Program-made: the position numbers and the translations under genes | The notes under the pieces: generated by a model | Seen by the model: the letters and a program-made list of their open reading frames with translations, nothing else | Database searches by the model: none | Told to the model about the DNA's origin: nothing | DNA from: Candidatus Kapaibacterium sp. | GTDB lineage: Bacteria; Patescibacteriota; Patescibacteriia; UBA9934 | Assembly (NCBI GenBank): GCA_044350705.1 | Contig: JBILHA010000002.1 | Coordinates: forward strand, 178,295-242,294 | Direction of reading: 5' to 3' | DNA length: 64,000 nucleotides | Part shown: positions 55,386 through 64,000 of the stretch, in pieces | How the letters are laid out: each line of letters begins with the position of its first letter | How positions within the stretch are numbered: the first letter of the stretch is position 1

Positions 55386-57125
55386 TTACATTTCTTCGAT
55401 TGCCGCAATGCCAAGTAATCCTAGTGCATTGGTAAGCGTTTGACGGATCGCTCCGCAAAGCGCAAGACGTTCAGTGGTTCCTTCATGGTCATCGTCAGCC
55501 AATACCCGAACCGACTCATAGTACCGCGCGTAGGTTTGCGCCAGTTCAAAGGCATATTGCGCAATCACTGAAGGCTTCAGATGCAGCCCCGCTTGCAAAA
55601 CCACTTCAGGATATTTCGCAATTTTTCCTACCAGCTCACGTTCGAGAGGGTGCTTGAGATGAGTTATGGTCTTTGCAGGTTTTACAAATGCCTTTCGCAA
55701 AATACTTGAGATACGCGCAATGGTGTACATCACGTAGGGACCCGTGAATCCTTCTGTTGCCATTGCGTCATCCATGGAAAAGGTGATGACCTTGTCTGGA
55801 TCTTGCTTGAGCATGCCAAATTTAATCGATGCAAAAAGGAGAGCTCGTGCCGTTTTTTGCACTTGCTTTTCTTTCCAGTCCGCATGCCTGCTCCGGATTG
55901 CCTCTTCGAGCTTCTCGAGCATTGCATCCCGAATATCACTCCACCGCACAATGTTTCCCTTTCGAGAGCTCATTGCTCCCTCGGGAAGCGTGACGAACTC
56001 ATAAGGCAAGTGCACGATTTCTCGAGAGAAGTCCATGCGCTTGAGTGTTGCAATGAGTTGTTTAAATGCTAACGATTGTCGTACGTCTACAACAATAATG
56101 AGGCGGTCAGCATGGTAGTTTTCTTCTTTTTTATAAGCGAGTGCGAGATCTTTCGCGTTGTAGAGGAGGGTGCCATCGGTTTTTCTGAGAAGATTTACCC
56201 CCAATCCCTCTTTCTCCAAGTCGACAATCGCCGCTCCTTCTGACATCTTTGCGATACCACTGGTCAGCAGCTTCTTCACGATGTTGTGCGTTTCATCAAT
56301 GAGCTCGTGCTCAACATAGGTGTGTGCGAGCTCTAATCCAAACTCTGCATATACCTCTCGAAGATTATCCATGGACCACTTCTGCGTCTTCTTCCAAAGA
56401 GGCACATGGGCGCCCTCCATATTCTCCAACTGACGCTGTATTTCTGAAACTTCTGCACGCTTTGATTCGTCAGCTTCAAGTGCTGCAGTTGCCTCAGTAT
56501 ATACACGGCCTAAAAAGTTCAGATAATCTCCTTCTGGCTGCACGTCGGGATAAAGCGTCGTCATTCCCCACAAACAGCGTGCGACGTTATTTCCGAGATC
56601 ATTAATGTAGGCCACGGGAATGACTTCATATCCATTTGCCCGCATGATTTCTACGGTAGCCTGACCCAATGCCAGGTTCCGCAAGTGCCCTACGTGGACC
56701 TCCTTGTGCGTATTCAGGTTTGCGTATTCCACCATGACCTTTCTTCCCTTCCCCGTTCCTCCTTTTCCGTACCGACTCTTCTGGGAGAGCACGTCGCGCA
56801 CCGTTGCCGCCCCAAAAGCATCTGCATTGAATACAAAGTTTACATAGGGTCCCACGGCATGAATGCGTGCAATAAGTTCTGAAGGGCCCATTTTCGCCGC
56901 CAGTTCTGTCGCGATTTCTACCGGGTTTCTTCCCATGCCCTTTGCAAGCTGAAAGCACGGAAAACTCAAGTCTCCATACTCAGGCTTTGGAGGCTCTGCG
57001 AGCATGTCGGCGGTTACGGTAAACCCTTTGCCGATGTGTTTCTTGAGACTCGTAAGAGCTTCTTTTTTTGCTTGTTGAAGTGCGTACATAGGGGGAGTGA
57101 GGGGAGTATGGGGAGTGAGGTGCAC
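55386..57125 (-). CDS. argS: Arginine--tRNA ligase
   Basis: Class I aaRS with HVGH (HIGH-type), an Arg-specific N-terminal add-1 domain, and a C-terminal DALR anticodon-binding region. Confidence 0.9.
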   Translation of the reverse strand: MHLTPHTPLTPPMYALQQAKKEALTSLKKHIGKGFTVTADMLAEPPKPEYGDLSFPCFQLAKGMGRNPVEIATELAAKMGPSELIARIHAVGPYVNFVFNADAFGAATVRDVLSQKSRYGKGGTGKGRKVMVEYANLNTHKEVHVGHLRNLALGQATVEIMRANGYEVIPVAYINDLGNNVARCLWGMTTLYPDVQPEGDYLNFLGRVYTEATAALEADESKRAEVSEIQRQLENMEGAHVPLWKKTQKWSMDNLREVYAEFGLELAHTYVEHELIDETHNIVKKLLTSGIAKMSEGAAIVDLEKEGLGVNLLRKTDGTLLYNAKDLALAYKKEENYHADRLIIVVDVRQSLAFKQLIATLKRMDFSREIVHLPYEFVTLPEGAMSSRKGNIVRWSDIRDAMLEKLEEAIRSRHADWKEKQVQKTARALLFASIKFGMLKQDPDKVITFSMDDAMATEGFTGPYVMYTIARISSILRKAFVKPAKTITHLKHPLERELVGKIAKYPEVVLQAGLHLKPSVIAQYAFELAQTYARYYESVRVLADDDHEGTTERLALCGAIRQTLTNALGLLGIAAIEEM

Positions 57126-57129
57126 TGCC

Positions 57130-58347
57130 TTACACGCTCTCTTTCACTAATCTCACAAAGCTGCGCTTTCCCTTTTGAAGAACGAGGGGGAGCGTTGATG
57201 CGTCGAGCGTTGCGGCAACGTCTGAAACGACGTTTTCACCAAGCTTTACGCCGCCTTGTTCAATAAGCTGGCGTGCGTTTGTTTTTGATGTGGCAAGTTT
57301 TGTGTTCACGAGAATGTCTACAATGGACATTCCGTCTTCAACCTTTACTTCATCCATTTCTTCTGGGAGTGCATGTTTTTGAAAAACGTTCACAAAGTGC
57401 TCGCGAGCTTTTTGCGCGGCATCTTGACCGTGATACATGCGCACCACTTCTTCTGCGAGTTCCATTTTTATATTGCGAGGATTTTCACCTTGCTCAAGGC
57501 GCGCCTTACTATTGCTCAGTATCTCTTCGCTTGCGTCGAGCACGTGTGCAAAATATGGCACGATCATGCTATCACCCATCGCCATAATCTTTCCGAACAT
57601 ATCTTCCGGAGTATCATCGATTGCGATCATTCCTCCTTCTGACTTGCTCATCTTTTTCCCTTCTTCATTCGTGAGGAGCTTTACTGCGACAACAAATTTT
57701 TCTTTTGGTTTATGACCAAGCACGCCTGCTTTCATGAGGGTACGACCGGCAAGCATGTTAAACGTTTGATCGTTTCCGCCGATTTCAATATCAACCTCCA
57801 TTGCTACAGAATCGAAGCCCTGCATGAGTGGGTACATGAATTCATGCAGGCCAATAGGCCTTTCTTCGTTCCAGCGCTTCTCGAACATGTCACGTTCCAT
57901 CATTTGCTGAACGGTGAATTGCGACGTGAGTTCGAGGACGTCTTTAAATGAAAGCTTCGCGAGCCATTCGTCGTTGAACATGAGCTTTGCAGGATTCTCG
58001 CCGTCAAAGCGGATAATCTTTGCCGCTTGTTCTTTGTAGGTTTTCGCATTTGCCATGACCTCTTCTGCAGTCAGTTGCTTTCGCGTTGCTGACTTGTCCG
58101 TAGGATCGCCGATCATGGCCGTGAAAGAGCCGATCAGCAAAATAACTTCGTGTCCGAGATCTTGAAACTCACGCAACTTTTTGAATTGCATGGCGTGTCC
58201 AATGTGCAAATGTGGTGACGTTGGATCAACCCCTACGTAGAGACGAAGCTTTTTTCCCGATTTCAACACTTCGCGAAGCGCATCTGCCGTGGGGTAAATG
58301 CGTTCGACGTTATGGGTAAGGGCTTTTTCAATTGCTTTGGGATCCAT
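57130..58347 (-). CDS. tyrS: Tyrosine--tRNA ligase
   Basis: HLHIGH, KMSKSEGG and a C-terminal S4 domain. The start is taken at MDPKAIEK. Confidence 0.9.
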   Translation of the reverse strand: MDPKAIEKALTHNVERIYPTADALREVLKSGKKLRLYVGVDPTSPHLHIGHAMQFKKLREFQDLGHEVILLIGSFTAMIGDPTDKSATRKQLTAEEVMANAKTYKEQAAKIIRFDGENPAKLMFNDEWLAKLSFKDVLELTSQFTVQQMMERDMFEKRWNEERPIGLHEFMYPLMQGFDSVAMEVDIEIGGNDQTFNMLAGRTLMKAGVLGHKPKEKFVVAVKLLTNEEGKKMSKSEGGMIAIDDTPEDMFGKIMAMGDSMIVPYFAHVLDASEEILSNSKARLEQGENPRNIKMELAEEVVRMYHGQDAAQKAREHFVNVFQKHALPEEMDEVKVEDGMSIVDILVNTKLATSKTNARQLIEQGGVKLGENVVSDVAATLDASTLPLVLQKGKRSFVRLVKESV

Positions 58348-58396
58348 ATTTTTTCTTGTTGACGCTGGATTCCGGGTCAAGCCCAGAATGACCAGT

Positions 58397-61009
58397 CTAT
58401 TGTGCCACAGTTGCAAGTTCGCGACGAAGAGCCTCGAGGCGCACTTCTGCATCAGCGAGCTTTTGTTTTTCTTGAGTTACGACCGCCTCAGGAGCGCGCG
58501 CAATAAAGTCCGCGTTCTCGAGTTTTGCGGAGAGTTGTGTAACAAATTTCTCTACAGATGCGATCTCTTTTTCAAGGCGTTCACGCTCTTTAGCAAAATC
58601 CACCATTCCTGCAAGCGGAATTGCGATGGTCATATTCCCCACTACCGCCTTGGCAACGCCTGCTGATGGAATTTCGTCTACGGATTCGATGGTGACGCGA
58701 GCCATTTTTTCGATGGCGATAATGTTTTCTGCGTGAGACGCCATAAATAGCGTCTGTACATTTGCCACAATCTGCGTTTTTTGATCTACCTTATATTGCG
58801 CTCGAATATTGCGAATTGTCGTAATGATTTCTTGTACTTCGATAAATTTCTTTTCCGCTTCTTCATTTACGAACGATTTCAGCGCAGAAACATCTGGCCA
58901 CTGTGCAACAACGATCAAACCGTTATTCCACTGCTTGTATACCTCTTCGGTTACAAACGGCATGAATGGATGCCACATGATGAGGAGGCGCTCAAGAATA
59001 AAGAGCAACATCTCTTCTTTTTCTCCTTCTGCTTTTGCAACCTCGAGATACCAGTCCGCAAACTCTCCCCATGTAAAATCACGGAGGATTTCTCCTGCCA
59101 ATGAGAGGTCATACGTCTCCTGCATACGCGTCACCTTTTCAACAACCGTTGCAAAACGAGAAAGAATCCACTGATCAGCAAGGGTTTTTGGCGTGACCGA
59201 TTCTACATGACGAATTTCCGCAACTCCTCCAAGGACAAAGCGAGAAATATTCCAGAGCTTGTTTGTAAAGTTGCGGAAGCCAGCAATTTTTTCCTCGGAA
59301 AGCTTCATGTCATTTCCTGGAGAGCTTCCAAGTACGAGGGAGAGACGCGTTGCGTCTGCACCGTACTTTTCGATCATCGTAAGCGGATCGATGATGTTTC
59401 CGAGCGACTTACTCATCTTTCTTCCCTGTTCATCGCGTACAAGTCCGTGCAGGTACACCGTCTTGAACGGAATGTCGTTCACGAGATACGTAGACATGAG
59501 GATCATGCGCGCAACCCAGAAGAACAAAATGTCGTATCCGGTTTCGAGCACGGAGGTTGGATGGTACAGCTTGAGATCTTCTGCGTTTTCGTTTGGCCAG
59601 CCGAGCGTAGAGAATGTCCAAAGACCTGAAGAGAACCAGGTATCGAGCGTGTCTTCATCTTGGGTCCATCCTTCCCCTTCGGGAGCCTCTCCTACGACTA
59701 TTTCTTCGTTGCGGTACCAAACGGGAATACGATGACCAAACCAAATCTGGCGGCTAATACACCAGTCGCGGAGATTATCAATCCAATGGAAGTAGGTGCG
59801 TTCAAAGCGATCGGGGAGAATTTCAACCTTCTTACTACGTACCGCGTCTTGCATGAGCGACTTAAGCGTCACCATCTTTCCGTCGCGCTCGAATTCTTTG
59901 TTTACGTTTACAAACCACTGAAGCTTGGGAAGAGGCTCGATCACTCCCCCTGTACGCTCTGCCGTGGAGAGATTCTGCATGGTTTTTTCTTCATTTTGAA
60001 GCAATCCTTCTTTTTTGAGCCATTCAACCCCCGCTTCACGCGCTTCTTTTGTGGTCATGCCTGCAAGCATTCCTGCGTTTGGCATCATGCGCGCGTTTTC
60101 ATCAATCACCTGCTTCATTTCCAAGCCATGACGCTGGGCAATTTCTGCGTCGATGGTGCTGTGTGCCGGCGTTACGCCAAGCGCGCCCGTTCCAAATGCA
60201 GGATCAACCGATTCATCAGCAACGACTTTTACCGAAATTTTTGCTCCGGCAAATTCCATATCGAATGTTCTTCCTACGTATTGTGCGTAACGCTCATCTG
60301 AAGGATGTACGGCAACCGCAGTATCTCCCACTTTTGTTTCGGGACGAGTGGTGGAAATGGCAATAGGAAAATCTTTGCTGTAGGTGAAGGTATACAGCAT
60401 GGCTTCGACCTCTTTATAAACAATTTCATCATCAGCGATCGTGGTTTGTCCGACAGGGTCCCAGTTAATAACACGATTTCCTCGATAAATAAGACCGTCG
60501 TCGTACATGCGCTTGAAGGCCGTGTTTACCGCGAGATTGCGCGCATCGTCGAGCGTGTACGCTTCGCGACTCCAGTCTACTGAGGAGCCCATTTTCTTTA
60601 CCTGGTTCACGATCGTGTCATGACTTTCTTGCGCAAAGGCACGCACGCGATCCAAAAATGCTTCACGTCCAAGATCATGACGAGACTTTCCCCCCTCTTC
60701 TTTGATGATTTTTTCTACCTTCGACTGCGTTGCGATTGCCGCATGGTCAGTACCCGGAAGCCAGAGCGCTTTCTTTCCTTGCAAACGCGCAAAACGCACC
60801 ATCGCATCTTCAATGGCGAGCATGGTTGCATGCCCCATATGCAATGTTCCCGTCACGTTTGGTGGAGGCAGCACAATCGTGAAAGACTCCGTCCGGTTAC
60901 CTGGAAGGTTATCAGGATTGAAATAGCCGCTTTCGAGCCAAGCTTGGTAAATGGCATCCTCGATGCCTTGTGGCTCGTACGCTTTTCCCATGGACTGCAG
61001 ATCTGACAT
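58397..61009 (-). CDS. valS: Valine--tRNA ligase
   Basis: 870 aa with PPPNVTGTLHMGHA, KMSKSLGN and a C-terminal coiled coil. Confidence 0.9.
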   Translation of the reverse strand: MSDLQSMGKAYEPQGIEDAIYQAWLESGYFNPDNLPGNRTESFTIVLPPPNVTGTLHMGHATMLAIEDAMVRFARLQGKKALWLPGTDHAAIATQSKVEKIIKEEGGKSRHDLGREAFLDRVRAFAQESHDTIVNQVKKMGSSVDWSREAYTLDDARNLAVNTAFKRMYDDGLIYRGNRVINWDPVGQTTIADDEIVYKEVEAMLYTFTYSKDFPIAISTTRPETKVGDTAVAVHPSDERYAQYVGRTFDMEFAGAKISVKVVADESVDPAFGTGALGVTPAHSTIDAEIAQRHGLEMKQVIDENARMMPNAGMLAGMTTKEAREAGVEWLKKEGLLQNEEKTMQNLSTAERTGGVIEPLPKLQWFVNVNKEFERDGKMVTLKSLMQDAVRSKKVEILPDRFERTYFHWIDNLRDWCISRQIWFGHRIPVWYRNEEIVVGEAPEGEGWTQDEDTLDTWFSSGLWTFSTLGWPNENAEDLKLYHPTSVLETGYDILFFWVARMILMSTYLVNDIPFKTVYLHGLVRDEQGRKMSKSLGNIIDPLTMIEKYGADATRLSLVLGSSPGNDMKLSEEKIAGFRNFTNKLWNISRFVLGGVAEIRHVESVTPKTLADQWILSRFATVVEKVTRMQETYDLSLAGEILRDFTWGEFADWYLEVAKAEGEKEEMLLFILERLLIMWHPFMPFVTEEVYKQWNNGLIVVAQWPDVSALKSFVNEEAEKKFIEVQEIITTIRNIRAQYKVDQKTQIVANVQTLFMASHAENIIAIEKMARVTIESVDEIPSAGVAKAVVGNMTIAIPLAGMVDFAKERERLEKEIASVEKFVTQLSAKLENADFIARAPEAVVTQEKQKLADAEVRLEALRRELATVAQ

Positions 61010-61114
61010 AGTGGATAGAGTGTAACGAATCGTGTGTTTTGTGTCACCTGAGCCGCTTTATAAAAAAGAGCTGCGGCATTTTTTCGCCAACCTTCCTTCT
61101 TCCCACAGAAATGC

Positions 61115-62284
61115 TTGACTCCGGGGGTCCGTCTTTGTACCTTTCCCCCTTATCTTCCTCCTGTGGCAAAAGATATTCTGACTCAATGGAAAGATGCCAT
61201 TTGGGGCGCTGAGCGTCCACTTTTCGTGCTCCCTCGAAGTGTTGATACGGACATGTTTGCCGCAGCTTGCGCTCTTGGGCATGCCCTGCAGCAAACCGGG
61301 CGTACGGTTACTTTGCTGTGTCCGAGAACCATGAGTACTCATGCAGAATTTCTCATTGGCTCCCTTGTCGTTAAGCGTTCTCTTGAAGAAATCCGGACAT
61401 ATACGTGCACCCTTCCTTCTGCACTTGTCGTTTCGCAGGTGACTCATGAGCTTCTCCCTACGGGCGGAGGAAATATCACCCTCCATCTGGAGCACCCCCT
61501 CCCCTCTCCGGCACTTCCCCAACTCCATTTCTCCACTACACTCCCCCCTTTTGATCGCCTCATTGTTTTTGGCGCACAAGATCTTTCTGAAGTTGCTCCT
61601 CTTTTTGGCGATGCTCATGCTCTTCTCGCTCAAACACCTCTTGCTACCCTCAGTTGGCAGCCTGCCACGGAGCCTTTTGGGCGTTGGAATATTGTTTACG
61701 AACAAGCTACGACTCTTTCAGAAGTAGTTGCCGGACTCCTTCGAGACCTTTCCCCCGAGAGCTTAAAGGATCATGTCGCGACGTGTGCGCTCGCAGGAAT
61801 TATTGCAAAAACGAAGCATTTTCGTTCTGAACTTGTCACTCCTTCCCTGCTCAATATGTGCGCAGACCTCGTTGCAGCAGGTGCAGATCGACTCAAGATC
61901 ATTGAAGAGCTCTATCGAACTCGCTCGGTAGATACTCTCCGGCTTTGGGGTGCCGCCTGCTCTCGTTTGCAAGAAATTGTTCCCGGAATTCTTTCTTCGG
62001 AAATTACCGAAGAGGATTTTCTCCGCACGCATACCACTTCCGAAGCACTTCAAGATATCGCACAGGAGGTACTTCAGAGTAGTGAAAAAACACACGAAGT
62101 CCTCTTCTTCTATCATGAGCGCGACATCCTTCACGCACGGGTTGTTGCAAAACGTCCTTTTGATGCGAGAACTTTTATCGGCGCGCTCCGTACTGAAGGA
62201 ACGCGCGAATCAGCAGTTCACATTTTTGAAAAAGAGACTTCGAGCAGTCACATTATCGAGCAGCTTCGGAAAGCAGCATCGTAA
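61115..62284 (+). CDS. DHH-superfamily (NrnA-like) phosphoesterase homolog with degenerate motifs
   Basis: TTG start. LFVLPRSVDTDMFAAACALGHAL aligns with DHH motif I (..H.NPDGDA.GS..AL) with H->R and G->T substitutions. The antisense 215-aa ORF was rejected. Confidence 0.45.
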   Translation: MTPGVRLCTFPPYLPPVAKDILTQWKDAIWGAERPLFVLPRSVDTDMFAAACALGHALQQTGRTVTLLCPRTMSTHAEFLIGSLVVKRSLEEIRTYTCTLPSALVVSQVTHELLPTGGGNITLHLEHPLPSPALPQLHFSTTLPPFDRLIVFGAQDLSEVAPLFGDAHALLAQTPLATLSWQPATEPFGRWNIVYEQATTLSEVVAGLLRDLSPESLKDHVATCALAGIIAKTKHFRSELVTPSLLNMCADLVAAGADRLKIIEELYRTRSVDTLRLWGAACSRLQEIVPGILSSEITEEDFLRTHTTSEALQDIAQEVLQSSEKTHEVLFFYHERDILHARVVAKRPFDARTFIGALRTEGTRESAVHIFEKETSSSHIIEQLRKAAS

Positions 62285-62302
62285 ACTCTGCTATACTTTC
62301 TC

Positions 62303-63590
62303 CATGCTTGCTCCGTGGATTTCTCCCCTGCCTCCCGTAGATCGAGTGGGATATCACATTGCACACACGCCTGAATTTGCGTGGGTCTTTCGTTTTTTGC
62401 GCGCATTTCCACGCACATCCGCCGCCCTTGTAGGAAGCACCGTTCGCGATGCGATCATGGGTCGTCTTCCTCATACTGGACACCTTCTTATTACTCACCT
62501 TTCTCCTGCTCGGGCACAGGCATGGCTTCATACCTCTCCTGCTCCTTCTTTTTTACAGGTCACCTTTTCTCCTCGACCCATAAGCGCCTTTCTTGCTTCG
62601 CAGGTTTTTACCCCCGATGCACTTGCTTATGATATTGGGCGAGGCATCCTTCATGATCCTTTTGATGGCATGAGCTCGTTGCAACAGGGTCTTCTTACCA
62701 CCGTTCCCGATCCCTCCGCGCATTTCAGGCAATCCCCTGAAGATGCTTTTGCTGCACTCCGCTTAAGCGCTCAGCTTGGCCTTTCCCCAAGTCCGAGAGT
62801 CTGGAAGGCGGCCATTCAGCATCTCCCCCGAGTCAATCACCTCACCACCGACGAGCAAGGCTTTGCCACGTACCGCACCCCTCGTCACCATCTTGTGCGG
62901 GAAGGGCTTCTTGCGCTCAAGCACGGACTGTATGGTTGGGAGCTCTTTTCTCGTGCTCGCGCCGTCCCCTTCTCCTTCCCTCATCTTCGTGATTCCGAAG
63001 ACCATGAGCAAGCATCTTCCCATGTCGCCGGTATCCATGACGACCAGGTACGCTCACGTTATGGTGCTACCCCGCTTTCTGACACCCTTACCGCGGCTGC
63101 GCTTTTCAATCATCATCACGACCGCGCTCGACACTATGACCTCCATGCTCATCACATGAGCCATCACCATGTTTCGCATCCCCGTCTCTCTTTCTCTCGA
63201 CCCACCGTTACTCAAACGCTCGCAAAAGCCCAAGCGCTTCTTACGGAGAATCCTTCTCTTTGGCCGCTCTCCCGTACCGAAAAAGTGCTCATGGGCCCTC
63301 AGGGAGCAGAAGCAATCGCCCTTGCACACCTTGCGACACTGCATGACCGTTCCCTCAGAGAACAATCAACGCATATTGCCCGCGCCGCCCTCACTCGCGA
63401 CCAGCTCGTTCGCGACGTTCGCCCTATTCCTCTTCTTCGTGGACGCGATCTTCTTCCTCTTGGCCTCTCGTCGGGACCCCATCTTCGCTCTTATCTTAAC
63501 CGCGTACGGGATGAACAGCTCAAAGGCGATCTTCACACTCGAGAAGATGCCCTTCATTTCGTGCGTACGCTTGTTCGCCAGCAGCTCTAG
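62303..63590 (+). CDS. tRNA nucleotidyltransferase (CCA-adding enzyme)/poly(A) polymerase-family homolog; catalytic DxD motif apparently replaced
   Basis: LVGSTVRDAIMGRLPHTGHLLIT aligns with the GGAVRDLLLGRxPKDIDLAT head motif. The C-terminal LLRGRDLLPLGLSSGPHLRSYLNRV matches the CCA-enzyme C-terminal region. There is a His-rich stretch NHHHDRARHYDLHAHHMSHHH. Confidence 0.55.
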
Positions 63591-63612
63591 CTTTCCTTTG
63601 CGTTGACGTTCG

Positions 63613-63641
63613 CTTTTCCAAACGCTATACTCTTGCCCGGT
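63613..63641 (+). promoter_or_regulatory. Candidate sigma70 promoter for tRNA-Val(GAC)
   Basis: TTGACG - 17 nt - TATACT, about 18 nt upstream of the tRNA 5' end. Confidence 0.45.
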
Positions 63642-63658
63642 TCCTGCCTTTATTTCGC

Positions 63659-63735
63659 GGGCGATTAGCTCAGTTGGTTAGAGCGTCACATTGACATTGT
63701 GAAGGTCAGAAGTTCGAGTCTTCTATCGCCCACCA
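63659..63735 (+). tRNA. tRNA-Val (anticodon GAC), 77 nt, CCA encoded
   Basis: Acceptor GGGCGAT/ATCGCCC, anticodon stem-loop TCACA-TTGACAT-TGTGA, T-arm AGAAGTTCGAGTCTTCT, and a 3' ACCA. Confidence 0.9.
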
Positions 63736-63767
63736 AAAAACCGCTTCCTTTTGAGAAGCGGTTTTTT
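63736..63767 (+). terminator. Rho-independent terminator after tRNA-Val
   Basis: AAAAAACCGCTTC-CTTTTGA-GAAGCGGTTTTTT. Confidence 0.7.
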
Positions 63768-64000
63768 GCTACTTTCGCTCTTCTGACCTTCGAAAAATGA
63801 GCATCATGCTCAATCCCACGGCCATGAGCAGGAGGAACCAAAGTATTCCTGAGGAAAATACTCCGCTTTCCCCACAAAGAAAAATAAGCTGAAAAGCATC
63901 CCCTATCGTCTCTCCTCGCTCAGTACAGCTTGAGGATTGAGCAAGTATCTGGCTTCCCATCCATGCCGCCCCATACGCTGCACTCATACTGAGTAAGGTA

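Noticed and set aside
61058-61705. 215-aa minus-strand ORF antisense to the DHH-like gene
   Set aside because: Lys/Arg-rich junk-like translation with no motif. The plus-strand frame has family similarity.
63769-63987. 72-aa minus-strand ORF at the window edge
   Set aside because: It may be the C-terminal end of a gene starting beyond the window, but it cannot be supported from 219 nt. It overlaps a second small ORF. It was left uncalled.

Overview
The window is a gene-dense (>85% coding), mostly minus-strand stretch of about 64 kb with a background GC content near 45-50%. It has the hallmarks of a small, monoderm-type bacterial genome. There are many short hypothetical membrane proteins, a giant 3122-aa secreted protein, and a PrgI/PrgJ(VirB4)/TcpH-like type IV secretion module of the Gram-positive kind. 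The remaining ~55 CDS are housekeeping and small hypothetical genes listed in features. Seven tRNA genes are present and all encode their own 3' CCA. Together this looks like a CPR/Patescibacteria (Saccharibacteria-like) or similar reduced-genome bacterium. RF2 (prfB, SPF motif) is present, so UGA is read as a stop and the standard genetic code applies. I found no rRNA, no CRISPR array, no integrase and no transposase. The main points from the hunt are listed below.
- A T4SS-like/DNA-uptake cluster sits next to ComFC and a znuACB zinc ABC-transporter operon. Its VirB4 ATPase is split into two ORFs.
- Three separate patches of much higher GC content (~65-68%) each encode a cell-wall-related secreted protein (an M23 peptidase, an acidic lipoprotein and a LysM protein). 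These appear to be horizontally acquired, possibly from a high-GC Actinobacteria-type host.
- An extracytoplasmic flavinylation redox module combines an FMN-binding lipoprotein, an ApbE flavin transferase and a membrane oxidoreductase whose N-terminal domain looks RnfD/NqrB-like and whose C-terminal domain is FNR-type.
- A 9.4-kb gene encodes a Cys- and Asp-rich giant surface protein. It is preceded by a small membrane protein that shares its thrombospondin type-3-like motifs. A DsbA-VKOR pair lies elsewhere in the window.
- A CCA-adding-enzyme homolog has an apparently degenerate catalytic motif.
- Several intergenic repeats and hairpins were found and are listed.
All calls were made by reading the sequence and from remembered family motifs. 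Nothing was searched against a database.
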